From positions 160,001-224,000 of the forward strand of contig CAWGJT010000015.1 of assembly GCA_963822965.1 (NCBI GenBank): a stretch of DNA of 64,000 nucleotides, written 5' to 3'. Of the stretch, positions 9,275-21,826 are shown in pieces; position 1 is the stretch's first letter, and each line of letters starts with the position of its first letter. The notes beneath the pieces are model-generated. The model worked only from the letters and a program-made list of their open reading frames with translations. It did not search any database and had not been told where the DNA came from. This DNA comes from an uncultured delta proteobacterium (lineage in GTDB: Bacteria > Myxococcota_A > UBA9160 > UBA4427). The position numbers and the translations under genes were made by a program.

Positions 9275-10774
9275 ATGAACGCTTCGTCTCCCCCCGCCTC
9301 GCAGGCGGCCACGCGTGCCGGCGACTTCCCGATCGCCATCATCGGCGCGGGCTTCGCCGGCATCGGCACCGCCATCCAGCTCAAGAAGGCCGGCATCGAT
9401 TCGTTCACCATCTTCGAGCGGGCCGACGAGGTGGGCGGCACCTGGCGGGACAACACCTATCCCGGCGCGGCCTGCGACGTGCCCTCGCACGTCTACTCGT
9501 TCTCCTTCGAGCCCAACCCCGACTGGAGCCGCACCTTCGCGGAGGCCGCCGAGATCCAGGCCTACCTGCTGCGGGTGGTCGAGAAGTGGGACCTGCGGAA
9601 GCACATGCGCCTGGGCACCGAGATCGTGGAGGCGCGCTTCGACGAGGCCACCGGCAGCTGGAAGCTGCTCACCAGCGACGACGACACCGTCACGGCGCGC
9701 GTCGTGGTGGCGGGCGTGGGCGGCCTCGTCGACCCCGCGCTGCCGGACATCAAGGGCGTCCAGAGCTTCGGTGGAGAGATCTTCCACACGGCGCGCTGGA
9801 ACCACGACTTCGACATCACGGGCAAGAACGTGGCCGTCATCGGGACCGGGGCCAGCGCGGTGCAGGTGGTGCCCGGCATCGCCCCCCAGGTGGCGAAGCT
9901 CTCGGTCTTCCAGCGCACGGCCGCCTGGGTGATGCCCAAGCGCGACCACCGCTACGGCCCCGAGGCCCGCCGCCGTTTCGCTCGACACCCGCTGCTGCTG
10001 CGGCTCTCGCGCTTCGTCAAGTACTGGCTCAGCGAGCTGGTGGGGCCGATGGTCTTCCTCGACGCGCCGCGCCTCTCGCGGATCGCCGAGGCCGGATCCC
10101 GGGCCCACCTGCGGGCCTCGGTGAAGGACCCGGTGCTGCGGGAGAAGCTCACGCCCCACTTCCAGTTCGGCTGCAAGCGCATCCTGATCTCGGACGACTA
10201 CTGGTCGACCTTCGAACGGGACAACGTCGAGCTCGTCACCGAGCCCATCCAGGAGGTCGTGCGCGAGGGCATCGTCACGAAGGACGGCGCCCTGCACCCG
10301 GCCGACGCCATCGTCCTGGCCACGGGTTTCGCCCTGGGCCTGGCGAGCGCGCCCTTCCCGATCTACGGCCTGGGCGGCCACAGCCTCGACGACGTCTGGA
10401 GCGCCGGCGCCGTCGCCTACAAGGGCATGACCGTCGCCGGCTTCCCCAACTGGTTCATCCTGATGGGGCCGAACACCGGTCCCGGCCACACGTCGGTGCT
10501 CGTCTACACCGAGGCCCAGATCCACCACGCCCTGCAGGCGATCCAGCGGATCCGCCGCGACGGGCTGCGCTGGGTGGACGTCAAGCAGTCCGCCCAGGAC
10601 GACTACAACCGCCGCATCCAGAAGCGCATGAAGCACATGGTGTGGTCGTCGGGCTGCAACAGCTGGTACCTGTCCGACGACGGATCCAACCACTCCCTCT
10701 ATCCCGGCTTCGCGGCGGAGTACGTGGCCCGCGCGCGCAGCTTCCACCCCAGCGACTACGAGCGGGTGGCCTGA
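9275..10774 (+). CDS. Flavin-containing (Baeyer-Villiger type) monooxygenase
   Basis: GAGFAG, GGTWRDNTYPGAACD, FGGEIFHTARW fingerprint, GTGASA. Confidence 0.92.
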   Translation: MNASSPPASQAATRAGDFPIAIIGAGFAGIGTAIQLKKAGIDSFTIFERADEVGGTWRDNTYPGAACDVPSHVYSFSFEPNPDWSRTFAEAAEIQAYLLRVVEKWDLRKHMRLGTEIVEARFDEATGSWKLLTSDDDTVTARVVVAGVGGLVDPALPDIKGVQSFGGEIFHTARWNHDFDITGKNVAVIGTGASAVQVVPGIAPQVAKLSVFQRTAAWVMPKRDHRYGPEARRRFARHPLLLRLSRFVKYWLSELVGPMVFLDAPRLSRIAEAGSRAHLRASVKDPVLREKLTPHFQFGCKRILISDDYWSTFERDNVELVTEPIQEVVREGIVTKDGALHPADAIVLATGFALGLASAPFPIYGLGGHSLDDVWSAGAVAYKGMTVAGFPNWFILMGPNTGPGHTSVLVYTEAQIHHALQAIQRIRRDGLRWVDVKQSAQDDYNRRIQKRMKHMVWSSGCNSWYLSDDGSNHSLYPGFAAEYVARARSFHPSDYERVA

Positions 10775-10783
10775 GGAACGCGA

Positions 10784-11662
10784 TCAGCCGAAGTGGCCCG
10801 CCACCGTCGGGCATTCGCCCTTGGCGATGTTCTCGGCGCGCTGCACCAGCTGGTCCCGGGCGCCCTCCCGGCCGATCATGACGACGAAGTCGCCCGAACG
10901 GATGCCGTCGACGAGGTGCTTCGCGAGCTCGTCCAGGTCCTGGACGGGGAAATCGAAGCCCGCCGCCTTGGCGCCCTCGTAGAACTGCTCGAAGGTGGGC
11001 TCGGCGCCCGGAGCCACCGGCTTCTCGCGCGCGAGCTCCGGCGGTCGGTTGCGCTTGGTGGTCCAGATACCGGTCTTCAGCATGCCGCCCGAGGGATAGA
11101 AGAGCACGGCCCGCAGCTTCGGACCCTGGGCGACCAGCTGCGCGCCCAGACACTCGGTGATGATCGAGACGGCGGCCTTGCTGGACGCGTAGACCGACTG
11201 CTCGGCCAGGGGCGCGATGCCGCCGTCCCCGGACGACGTGTTCACGATGACGCCCTCCTCGCCGCCGGCGATCATGCGCGGCACGAAGGACTGGATGCCG
11301 TGGACGACGCCCATCACGTTCACCCCGTGGACCCACTTCCAGTCGTTGACCGTCGTCTCCCACACGTTGAGGCTCGGCACGCCCACGCCCGCGTTGTTGC
11401 ACAGTACGTGGCAGGCGCCGTGGCGCGAGTAGACGAAGTCCGCCAGGGCCTCCACCGACTCGGGCTTCGACACGTCCGTGCGGTGGCTCGTCACGTCGCC
11501 GCCGCCCGCGGACAGCTCCTTCGTCGTCGCCTCGAGGGCCGGCGCCTCGACGTCCGACAGCACGACCTTCATCCCCTCGGCGAGGAACGCGCGCGCCATG
11601 GCGCGTCCGATGCCGCTCGCGCCCCCGGTCACCACCGCCACCCGGCCTGCGAAGTCCTTCAT
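10784..11662 (-). CDS. SDR family oxidoreductase
   Basis: GAGGAG RBS; TGGASGIG, NNAG, YASSK. Confidence 0.9.
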   Translation of the reverse strand: MKDFAGRVAVVTGGASGIGRAMARAFLAEGMKVVLSDVEAPALEATTKELSAGGGDVTSHRTDVSKPESVEALADFVYSRHGACHVLCNNAGVGVPSLNVWETTVNDWKWVHGVNVMGVVHGIQSFVPRMIAGGEEGVIVNTSSGDGGIAPLAEQSVYASSKAAVSIITECLGAQLVAQGPKLRAVLFYPSGGMLKTGIWTTKRNRPPELAREKPVAPGAEPTFEQFYEGAKAAGFDFPVQDLDELAKHLVDGIRSGDFVVMIGREGARDQLVQRAENIAKGECPTVAGHFG

Positions 11663-11788
11663 GCTCTCCTCCTCCCCGCGCTCGGCGCGTCGGCCTCCTG
11701 GGAACGGATCCGGCGCCTGCGCGAAGTGCCTTGATAGCGCGGATCCCGTGCGCACGGCACGGCTGGGATTCCGGTGACTGAATCCGCC

Positions 11789-12739
11789 TCAGCTCCGCTC
11801 CGCGAGGAAGCGATCGAAGCGGTCCCAGAAGGCGGCCTGGATCTCGTCGCGCTCCTGGAGGATCTCGTGCATCGCCTCCGCCAGGGTCGTCAGGGTGAAG
11901 GCGGGGTTCATGGCCGCGAGCCGTGCGTGCAGGCGGGAGGAGACCACGAGATCGCGCCCGGCGCTGGCCAACAGGGTGGGCGTCCGAACGCGGGCGACCC
12001 GGCGCGGATCCATCACGAGCGACACGCTGCGGGCGGCCTCGCGCACCCAGCGCCAGGTGACGCCGTGGGTGACGAGCCCGGGCTCGTGGCGCCAGAAGGC
12101 CCGCGCCCGCAGGTAGCGGTCCGTGTCGGAGGTCACGCGGTTGTCGTTCGTCTCGAGATCCACGTCGCGCGCCCCCCAGGCGTACGCGCCGCCCAGACCC
12201 AGCCCGACGTGCAGGCTCGCGATCGCGTTCATGAGCCACGCGGGAAACTGGTCCCAGCCGATCATGGGTGCGGACAGGACGGCGCGATCGAAGCGACCGG
12301 GCTCGTCCTCCAGCAGGCGCAGGGCCACGTTGCCCCCCATGGAGTGCGCCATCAGCAGGCGGGGACCGGGCAGGTCCGGGGCGAGCCGGGCCTCGAAGAC
12401 GTGCATCGCGTCGGCGGCGAGATCCGCGAAGCTCGTCACGTAGCCGCGCTGCGCTTGTGGAAGCAGTCGCCCGGACAGCCCCTGGCCGCGCCAATCGAAC
12501 GTGACGACCGCGTGGCCGCGTGCCTGCAGGGCGGCCACCACCTCGTAGTACTTCTCGATGAACTCGGTGTAGCCGTGCAGCAGCAGCACCGCGCCCCGCA
12601 CCGGCACGCCCGACGCCGCCGGCCAGCGGGCCACGCGCAGCGGGATCCCGTCGGGCGCCTCGAGCAGCGACACCTCGCCGTGTGCGGGCACGACCGCCTG
12701 GGGCAGGGAGACGAGCTGGCTTCGGTGCGCGGCGGTCAC
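11789..12739 (-). CDS. Alpha/beta hydrolase, lysophospholipase L2-like
   Basis: HGYTEFIEKY, DWRGQGLS, AHSMGG, HEILQE; start uncertain. Confidence 0.85.
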   Translation of the reverse strand: MTAAHRSQLVSLPQAVVPAHGEVSLLEAPDGIPLRVARWPAASGVPVRGAVLLLHGYTEFIEKYYEVVAALQARGHAVVTFDWRGQGLSGRLLPQAQRGYVTSFADLAADAMHVFEARLAPDLPGPRLLMAHSMGGNVALRLLEDEPGRFDRAVLSAPMIGWDQFPAWLMNAIASLHVGLGLGGAYAWGARDVDLETNDNRVTSDTDRYLRARAFWRHEPGLVTHGVTWRWVREAARSVSLVMDPRRVARVRTPTLLASAGRDLVVSSRLHARLAAMNPAFTLTTLAEAMHEILQERDEIQAAFWDRFDRFLAERS

Positions 12740-12901
12740 GGGGGCCTCGGGGCAGCTTCTGGAAGGCCGCAGGGTAGCCCCGGCGGGCGAGTCGGGCGTC
12801 GCCCGCCCGGGCAGAACGCGACCCCTCACGAGCCGGCAGCTTCAGGCTCGAGAGCGCGCGTACGAAGGCCGGAGTCGACCCGCTATACTCGTCGGTTACC
12901 C

Positions 12902-15900
12902 ATGACATTACAGGTCGCGCTCCACCACGAGACCCTCTATCGATACGACCGTCCGGTCCGGATGGGCCCCCAGACCATCCGGCTGCGGCCCGCGCCGCAC
13001 TGCCGCACCCCCGTGCTCTCCTACTCGCTGCGGGTGACGCCCGAGACGCACTTCATCAACTGGCAGCAGGATCCCCAGGGCAACTTCCTGGCGCGCGTCG
13101 TCTTTCCGGAGCCGACCCGCGAGTTCCGGGTGACGGTGGACCTCGTCGCCGAGATGGTGGTCATCAATCCGTTCGACTTCTTCCTGGAGGACAGCGCCCA
13201 ACACTTTCCGTTCGCCTACGAGCCGTGGCTCGCCGAGGAGCTCGACCCCTTCCTCGACGCGGAGACGCCGGGCCCGTTGCTCTCCGAGTGGCTGGCGGGG
13301 GTGTCCCACGAGCCCAAGCCCTCGGTCGACTTCCTGGTCGCGCTCAACCAGCGCCTGAGCGAGGAGGTCGACTACGTCATCCGCCTCGAGCCGGGCGTGC
13401 AGACGCCGGAAGAGACGCTGGCGCTCGGGCGCGGCTCGTGCCGGGACAGCGCCTGGCTGCTCGTCCAGATCCTGCGCAACCTGGGCATCGCGGCGCGCTT
13501 CGCGTCCGGCTACCTGATCCAGCTCAAGCCCGACGTGGAGAGCCTGGACGGACCCTCGGGCACCTCGGTCGACTTCACCGACCTGCACGCGTGGGCCGAG
13601 GCCTACCTGCCGGGTGCGGGCTGGGTGGGGCTCGACGCCACCTCGGGCCTGCTGGCGGGCGAGGGCCACCTGCCCCTGGCCTGCAGCCCCAAGCCCCAGT
13701 CGGCGGCGCCCATCGCCGGCGCCGTCGAGAAGTGCGAGGTCGCGTTCGAACACACCATGTCCGTCGAGCGCATCCGCGAATCCCCGCGCGTCACGAAGCC
13801 CTACACCGACGAGCAGTGGCAGGCGATCGACGCGGTCGGCGCGGAGGTGGACCGCCGGCTCGCCGAGGACGACGTGCGCCTCACCATGGGCGGCGAGCCG
13901 ACCTTCGTGTCCATCGACGACATGGAGGGTGCCGAATGGAACACCGCGGCCGTGGGTCCCACCAAGCGGGCCCTCGCCGACCGGCTGATCCACCGGCTGC
14001 GGAAGCGCTTCGCGACGGGCGGCCTGCTCCACTACGGACAGGGCAAGTGGTATCCCGGCGAGCCCCTGCCGCGCTGGGCGTTCTCGCTCTACTGGCGGGA
14101 GGACGGGGTGCCCCTGTGGTGGGAGCACGAACGCGTCGCCAGCGAGACGGAGGACTACCGGCCCACACCCGAACGAGCCGAGGCCTTCGCGCGCGAGCTG
14201 GCGACCCGGCTCGAGGTGGATCCCCGCTGCGTGATCCCCGCCTACGAGGACCCGCTCCCGACCCTGGAGAAGGAAGCGAAGCTGCCCGAGAACCTGGAGC
14301 CCGGCGATCCCCGCCTCGACGACCCCGAAGAGCGGGAACGGCTCGTCCGCATCCTGTCCCGGGGTCTGGGCGCGCCGGCGGGCTTCGTGCTGCCGGTGCA
14401 GGCGTGGAACGCGCGGGACGGCAAGCGGCGCTGGCACTCGGAGCGCTGGAGCTTCCGACGCGAGCACCTGTTCCTGGCGCCCGGCGACTCACCGGTGGGC
14501 TTCCGCCTGCCCCTGGGCTCCCTGCCCTACCTGTCGGACCTCGACTTTCCCCACGTCATCGAGCGCGACCCCACCCTGCCGCGCGCGCCGCTGGGAAGGC
14601 CCGCCCCCCAGCGCCAGCCCTACCTGGAGGGCGTGGTCGCCGCACGTCCGCCCCGGGCGAAGAAGCCGAAGGAGGTCGAGACCCGCGCCGTGCGGACGGC
14701 GGTGGCCGTCGAGCCGCGGGACGGGCGCCTGTGCGTCTTCGTGCCGCCCGTCGAGACCATGGACGACTACGTGGACCTCATCGCGGCCATCGAGGACACG
14801 GCGGCCGCCCTGGACACCCCCATCCACGTGGAGGGCTACACGCCGCCCCGCGACCCGCGAATGCGCGGCATTCAGGTGACGCCCGACCCGGGCGTCATCG
14901 AAGTGAACATCCACCCGGCGGCGAGCTGGAAGGAGCTCAGCGTCACCACCAACACGGTCTACGAAGAGGCGCGCCTCTCCCGACTCGGGACCGAGAAGTT
15001 CATGCTCGACGGCCGCCACACCGGGACGGGCGGCGGCAACCACTTCGTGCTGGGCGGCGCCACGCCCGCCGACAGCCCGTTCCTGCGCCGTCCCGACCTG
15101 CTGCGGAGCCTGGTGGCCTACTGGATCAACCACCCGTCGCTCTCGTACCTCTTCTCGGGGCTCTTCATCGGGCCGACGAGCCAGGCGCCGCGGGTCGACG
15201 AAGCGCGCCAGGACGCTCTCTACGAGCTCGAGATCGCGTTCCGGCAGATTCCCGAGCCCGGCGGCGACTGCCCGCCCTGGCTGGTGGACCGCATCCTGCG
15301 CAACCTGCTCGTGGACGTCACGGGCAACACCCACCGGGCGGAGTTCTGCATCGACAAGCTCTACTCGCCGGACGCGGCGAGCGGGCGCCAGGGCCTGGTG
15401 GAGCTGCGCGCGTTCGAGATGCCGCCGCATGCCCGCATGAGCCTGGCCCAGCAGCTGCTGCTGCGAGCTCTGGTGGCCCGCTTCTGGCGCGAGCCCTACC
15501 GCGCGCCGCTGGTGCGTTGGGGCACCGCGCTGCACGACCGATTCCTGCTGCCCCACTACGTGTGGAACGACTTCCGGGACGTGCTGGAGGAGCTGCGGCA
15601 GGCCGACTTCCCGTTCGAGGACGCCTGGTTCGGCCCGCACTTCGAGTTCCGATTCCCGCGCTACGGGTGCGTGCAGCACGGCGCCGTGGAGATCGAGCTG
15701 CGCCAGGCGCTGGAGCCCTGGCACGTGCTCGGCGAGGAGGGCGCCGTCGGCGGAACCGCGCGCTACGTCGACTCCTCCGTCGAGCGGCTCCAGGTGCGGG
15801 TGCAGGGGCTCTCGGCCGAGCGCTACCGGCTGGGGTGCAATGGGGTGCGCGTTCCCCTGCGGCCCACGGGCGCCGAGGGAGAATGGGTGGCGGGGGTCCG

Positions 15901-16195
15901 CTTCCGCGCCTGGCAGCCCGCGCGCTGCCTGCACCCGACGATCCCGGTGCAGGCGCCCCTCACCTTCGACCTGGTGGACACGTGGAGCGGGCGCGCCGTC
16001 GCCGGCTGCCGCTACCACGTCGCCCACCCGGGCGGTCGGAGCTACGAGACCTTCCCGGTCAACGCCTACGAAGCCGAGGGCCGCCGGCTGGCACGCTTCT
16101 TCCCCTTCGGACACACGCCGGGGCGGCTCCAGCTGCGGGAGCCGGCTGCGGCCGGGGATTTCCCGACCACGCTGGATCTGCGAGGCTCCGCGTAG
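12902..16195 (+). CDS. Transglutaminase + DUF2126 (putative amidoligase) multidomain protein
   Basis: TGase triad GSCRD / LHAWAE / GLDAT; ligase-like [28 protein letters not shown]. Confidence 0.9.
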   Translation: MTLQVALHHETLYRYDRPVRMGPQTIRLRPAPHCRTPVLSYSLRVTPETHFINWQQDPQGNFLARVVFPEPTREFRVTVDLVAEMVVINPFDFFLEDSAQHFPFAYEPWLAEELDPFLDAETPGPLLSEWLAGVSHEPKPSVDFLVALNQRLSEEVDYVIRLEPGVQTPEETLALGRGSCRDSAWLLVQILRNLGIAARFASGYLIQLKPDVESLDGPSGTSVDFTDLHAWAEAYLPGAGWVGLDATSGLLAGEGHLPLACSPKPQSAAPIAGAVEKCEVAFEHTMSVERIRESPRVTKPYTDEQWQAIDAVGAEVDRRLAEDDVRLTMGGEPTFVSIDDMEGAEWNTAAVGPTKRALADRLIHRLRKRFATGGLLHYGQGKWYPGEPLPRWAFSLYWREDGVPLWWEHERVASETEDYRPTPERAEAFARELATRLEVDPRCVIPAYEDPLPTLEKEAKLPENLEPGDPRLDDPEERERLVRILSRGLGAPAGFVLPVQAWNARDGKRRWHSERWSFRREHLFLAPGDSPVGFRLPLGSLPYLSDLDFPHVIERDPTLPRAPLGRPAPQRQPYLEGVVAARPPRAKKPKEVETRAVRTAVAVEPRDGRLCVFVPPVETMDDYVDLIAAIEDTAAALDTPIHVEGYTPPRDPRMRGIQVTPDPGVIEVNIHPAASWKELSVTTNTVYEEARLSRLGTEKFMLDGRHTGTGGGNHFVLGGATPADSPFLRRPDLLRSLVAYWINHPSLSYLFSGLFIGPTSQAPRVDEARQDALYELEIAFRQIPEPGGDCPPWLVDRILRNLLVDVTGNTHRAEFCIDKLYSPDAASGRQGLVELRAFEMPPHARMSLAQQLLLRALVARFWREPYRAPLVRWGTALHDRFLLPHYVWNDFRDVLEELRQADFPFEDAWFGPHFEFRFPRYGCVQHGAVEIELRQALEPWHVLGEEGAVGGTARYVDSSVERLQVRVQGLSAERYRLGCNGVRVPLRPTGAEGEWVAGVRFRAWQPARCLHPTIPVQAPLTFDLVDTWSGRAVAGCRYHVAHPGGRSYETFPVNAYEAEGRRLARFFPFGHTPGRLQLREPAAAGDFPTTLDLRGSA

Positions 16196-16298
16196 GTCCC
16201 GTAGACGCTAGGCTCCCCCTGAACGCCAAGGCCCCCTCCTCCCGCCCGCGGGCGGCGAGTGCAGAGCGACCGCAAGGTCCGCGAAAGGTTCCCGAAGC

Positions 16299-18117
16299 TT
16301 GAGTGAGCTGCTCGCGCTCTCGTTCGACGCGAACGCGTCGCCAAGCATCCGCTTCCACCGGTCGCGCCACGGGGGGAGCGAGGAGCACATCCCCACGCAG
16401 CCCCGCGTCTACGGCTGGGGTGTGGGCTGGTACCCCGGCAGCGAGCGCGGCGCCTCGGTGCTCAAGGATCCCACCGCCTCGGGCGAGAGCGGGGTGAGCG
16501 ACGTCATCGGGGACTGGGACCGGTTCCGCTCGACGCTCTTCCTGTGTCATCTCCGGGGCCACCGGCGCAAGCGCTCCCAGCAGGACGCCCAGCCCTTCGT
16601 GCGCAGCTACGGCGGGCACCAGTGGATCTTCGCCCACGACGGTGATCTCGAGCGCGGCTACGCCGAGCGCCTGCCCCTGGGCGACGACCCGTCCTTCGAG
16701 CCCCTGGGCAAGACCGACAGCGAGCACGCCTTCTGCTGGCTGCTGGCCCAGCTGCACGCCAGGCGCGCCCGCTCCCTGGGCGAGGTCGATCCGGAGGAGC
16801 TGCGGCGCTGGCTCGTGCAGATGAACGGCGCCGGACAGGTGAACCTGCTGCTCTCCGACGGCGACATGCTGGCCGTCTATCAGGACGCCGGGCTGCGGGG
16901 CTGCATCTACTGGACCCGCCGCATCCCGCCCCACCCCACCACGCACCTGGAGTCCGACGCCGTGCGCATCGACCTCGACGCGCCGGAGGATCCCAACCGC
17001 ACGGCGCTCGTGTTCTCGAGCGTGCCGCTCTCGCAGGACGTCTGGATGCCGCTCGCGGCGAAGCAGCTCGTGCTCGTACGCCGGGGCTCGGTGGTTTGGG
17101 ACAGCGACCCGCGCGACGACACCGACCACGCGATCCAGGCGCAGCCCCCCGGCCTCGGCGCGGAGCGAGGCTACCCACCAGGTCTCGGCCGCCGAGCCCC
17201 TGCGCTCGGAGCCCGTGGTCGACGTGACGCCGCCGCGCACGCTGCCCGAGGCCGAGCGCGTGCTCACGGTCACCCACCAGACGATCTACCAGTACCAGAC
17301 GCCGGTAGAGCGCAGCTCCCACCGCATCCTGATGCGTCCGGTCGAGGACGGCCGGCAGCGCCTGGAATCCTACGAGCTGCGTGTCGAGCCCCGGGGCACG
17401 CTGACCGAATACGAGGACGTGTTCGGAAACGCCGCCGTGGCCGTCGAGCTGAACGCCCCCTACAGCGAGCTGCGGGTGGAGAGCCGCGCCCGGGTTCGGA
17501 TCCGCGCACACGAGTCCATCGAGAGCCGCGCCCGGCGCGACACGATCCCCCTGGTGTGGATGCCCTGGCAGCGGCAGATGCTCTCCGCCTACCTGCTGCC
17601 CATGGAGCTGCCCGAGACCCAGCTGGAAGAGCTGTCGCAGTTCGCCATGAGCTTCGTCGAGCGCAACGACTTCGACCTCGTGGGCGCCCTCCTCGACATG
17701 AACGACACCCTCTACCGCGACTTCACCTACCTGTCGGGCTCGACGACCACGGCCACCACGCCCTGGAACGTCTTCGAGTCGCGGCGCGGGGTGTGCCAGG
17801 ACTTCGCGAACCTGATGATGTGCCTCGCGCGGCTGCTCAACGTGCCGGCCCGCTACCGCATGGGGTACATCTTCACGGGCGCGGACTACGAGAACAAGGT
17901 GCAGTCCGAGGCGTCCCACGCCTGGGTCGAGCTCTACGTGCCGCGCATCGGCTGGCACGGATTCGATCCCACCAACGGACGCCAGGTGAGCAGCGAGCAC
18001 ATCCGGGTGGCCTGCGGGCGCAACTACCGGGACGCCACGCCCACCAGCGGCACGATCTACCGCGGCGGCGGCACGGAGACGCTGACGGTGTCCGTGCGGG
18101 TCCAGGAAATCGACTAG
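16299..18117 (+). CDS. Class II glutamine amidotransferase-like (Ntn) domain fused to transglutaminase; one frameshift in C-run 17145-17150
   Basis: MSELLALSFD, GWGVGWY, FAHDGDL, GKTDSEHAFC, then GVCQDF, SHAWVE, GFDPTN; removing one C joins the frames. Confidence 0.78.
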
Positions 18118-18129
18118 GAGCCTCCCTTT

Positions 18130-18170
18130 GCGGCGGAATCGCGACCCGAGACCTCGTTGGGTCGCGTTCC
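18130..18170. repeat. REP-like palindrome between convergent genes (possible terminator)
   Basis: GCGGCGGAATCGCGACCC-N11-GGGTCGCGTTCC; related copy at 31722-31764. Confidence 0.55.
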
Positions 18171-18191
18171 CAGGAAGTCGAGTCCCGAGCC

Positions 18192-19243
18192 TCAGTCCGG
18201 CAGGACGGACTGGGACTGGGACTGGGACGCGCCGCCGACCGCCGACTGCGTCTGGTCCTGTCCCGCAACAGCGCGCTGCTCCACGGGGCTCTTCGGGTCG
18301 AAGAAGTCGTCGTGAATGGCTCCGCCGATGCGCGCTGAGCTCTCGACGGTCCAGGTCGCCACCTCGTGGAGGCCCCGCTCGATCACGCTGTCGATCGTCA
18401 TCCCCCGCAGCGCTTCCAGGGTCTCCGAGACCAGGGCAAGCGACCGGTCCCCCACGGTCGTCGGCGCCGGCGGACGCACCAGGGTCAGGAAGTTGCGCGT
18501 GCGGTCGAGGTTGTGGAGCACCGAGCGCGGGAAGGCCGCGTCGAAGAGCAGGAAGTCCGCCACCGCAGGGCCGGAGAGGGGCTTGTCCTCGCGCTTCAGG
18601 AAGGGCTCGACCCCGGAGCAGAAGCGCAGGGTAGCGAGCCATTGGGCCGCGGCCGCGGCGGTCTCCTCGACTTCCTCCTCGACGCGACCCACGCTGTGGT
18701 ACTTGATGTCGAGCACCCGGGCCGTCTGGTCCACGCGCTCGAGGGCGGTGCCGAGGCGCATGAACTCGAACGGGTCCTCGTGCAGCATGGTGGCCTGGGC
18801 CACGCCGTGGAAGAGCAGGCACTGGTCGCGCAGGTGCACGTAGAAGGCGTGGCGGTCGGACTCGTAGCGCCGGCGGGTGGCGCGCTCTCCGATCCACACC
18901 CACAGATCGTTCAGGGTCTCCCACATCTCGAGGGAGATGGTCTCCCGGATGGTACGCGCGTTCTCCCGGGCCGAGCGCAGGGAGGAGTAGACCGAGCTGG
19001 GGTTGTCCTCGCTCCAGGTGAGATAGCGCTGCACCGTCTCCGGGTCGTCCACGTCGGCGGGCTTCGTCCGCTTCAGGAAGTCCGTTTCCTGGCCGTTCGC
19101 CACCACGAGCGGGCGCCAGCGCTCGGCGTCGGGAAGCGCCACGTCGAGCTGGAAGGCCAGGTTCACGTGCAGCATCCGGGCGAGCACCTCGACCCGCTCG
19201 ACGTATCGGTTCAGCCAGAAGCAGCTCTCGGCCACGCGCGAGA

Positions 19244-19247
<4 letters not shown>
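18192..19247 (-). CDS. Alpha-E domain-containing protein
   Basis: [47 protein letters not shown]; overlaps ATP-grasp stop. Confidence 0.9.
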
Positions 19248-20713
<1,466 letters not shown>

Positions 20714-20808
20714 TGGGGTCAGCCATGGAGTCTAGCCCGCAATCCGGCGGCCTCACGGGGCTCCCGGCGGGCCCGCCCACCGCCATCATGCGCCGACTTC
20801 GGCACGCC

Positions 20809-21741
20809 TCACGTCGACTGATTGAACAGGCTCGGGAGAGCCGCGGCCGCCTCGTCGTGGCTCCGGATGACGGGCGGCTGCCGGCCGTCCACGTCCGTGA
20901 AGCCGTACTCGAGGGCGAGCTCTGCGCACGCGAAGGCGCGTCCGGACTTCTCCAGCCGCTTCTCGTCGCGAGCCAGCGCCGCCACCGCCCGACCCGTGAA
21001 GCGCGGGCTCTCCGAGATCGACAGATCGATGGCCTGCTCGGGCCCCGAATCGCCTTCGTGTCGCGGCAACACCATCTCGAGGCCGCCACGCCCGTTGTCC
21101 CGGCACTGGGAGAGGATGAGCTCGGTGCGCACGAGGCCGGGCCACAGGGAGACGACCGCGACGCCGAAGGGGCGCAGCTCGTACGCGAGATCCGAGGCGA
21201 GCTTGTCGAGCCCGGCCTTGGCGGTGCCGTAGGCCACGGAATGCAGGTACGACACCGCGCCCATGGAGGAGACGTTGGCAATGAGCCCGTCCCGCCGCTC
21301 CACCATCAGCGGAGCCGCCAGCACCGAGGCCACGTACGCCGAACGCAGGCCGACACGATGCACCTCGTCCCAGGCCGACAGCGGCTGCTGCCAGGCGAGC
21401 TTTCCGATGTGCCGCTCCATGTCCTGGGCCGAGCAGGCGTTGTTGACGAGGATGTCGAGACGGCCGCGCTCGCTGGCGATGCGGTCGAACACGCCGCGCA
21501 CCTGGTCGTCGTCGGCGTGGTCGCAGCGCACGGCGACGCCCTCGCCGCCCTGGGCCTTCACCTCGAGGGCGGTCTGGCCGACGGTGCCGCCCAGGGGATT
21601 CGCCTCCGGCGTCACCGTGCGACCGGTCACGTAGACCGTGGCGCCGAGAGAGCCCAGCTCCAGCGCCACCCCCTTGCCGATCCCCCGGCTCGCGCCGGTC
21701 ACCAGGGCCACGCGGCCCTCCAACGGTCTCGCTTCGGCCAT
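20809..21741 (-). CDS. SDR family oxidoreductase (DHRS1-like)
   Basis: TGASRGIGKG, YGTAK, SESPRFTGRAV. Confidence 0.9.
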   Translation of the reverse strand: MAEARPLEGRVALVTGASRGIGKGVALELGSLGATVYVTGRTVTPEANPLGGTVGQTALEVKAQGGEGVAVRCDHADDDQVRGVFDRIASERGRLDILVNNACSAQDMERHIGKLAWQQPLSAWDEVHRVGLRSAYVASVLAAPLMVERRDGLIANVSSMGAVSYLHSVAYGTAKAGLDKLASDLAYELRPFGVAVVSLWPGLVRTELILSQCRDNGRGGLEMVLPRHEGDSGPEQAIDLSISESPRFTGRAVAALARDEKRLEKSGRAFACAELALEYGFTDVDGRQPPVIRSHDEAAAALPSLFNQST

Positions 21742-21826
21742 CTCGCTGCCCTCCCTCTTCTCTCCATCCCGCTTGGCGTCGCGCGCGCGCTCTCGGTGGC
21801 ACTCTCGTCGGCTGACTCGACGTCCG

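Noticed and set aside
11774..12901. N-terminal extension making the DUF2126 ORF 1473 aa
   Set aside because: Antisense shadow of the lysophospholipase gene; the recognisable domain starts at ATG 12902
20739..20753. sigma54-like box AGGCCGCCGGATTGC before the ATP-grasp gene
   Set aside because: Poor -24 match, and a competing TAGACT -10 box is adjacent
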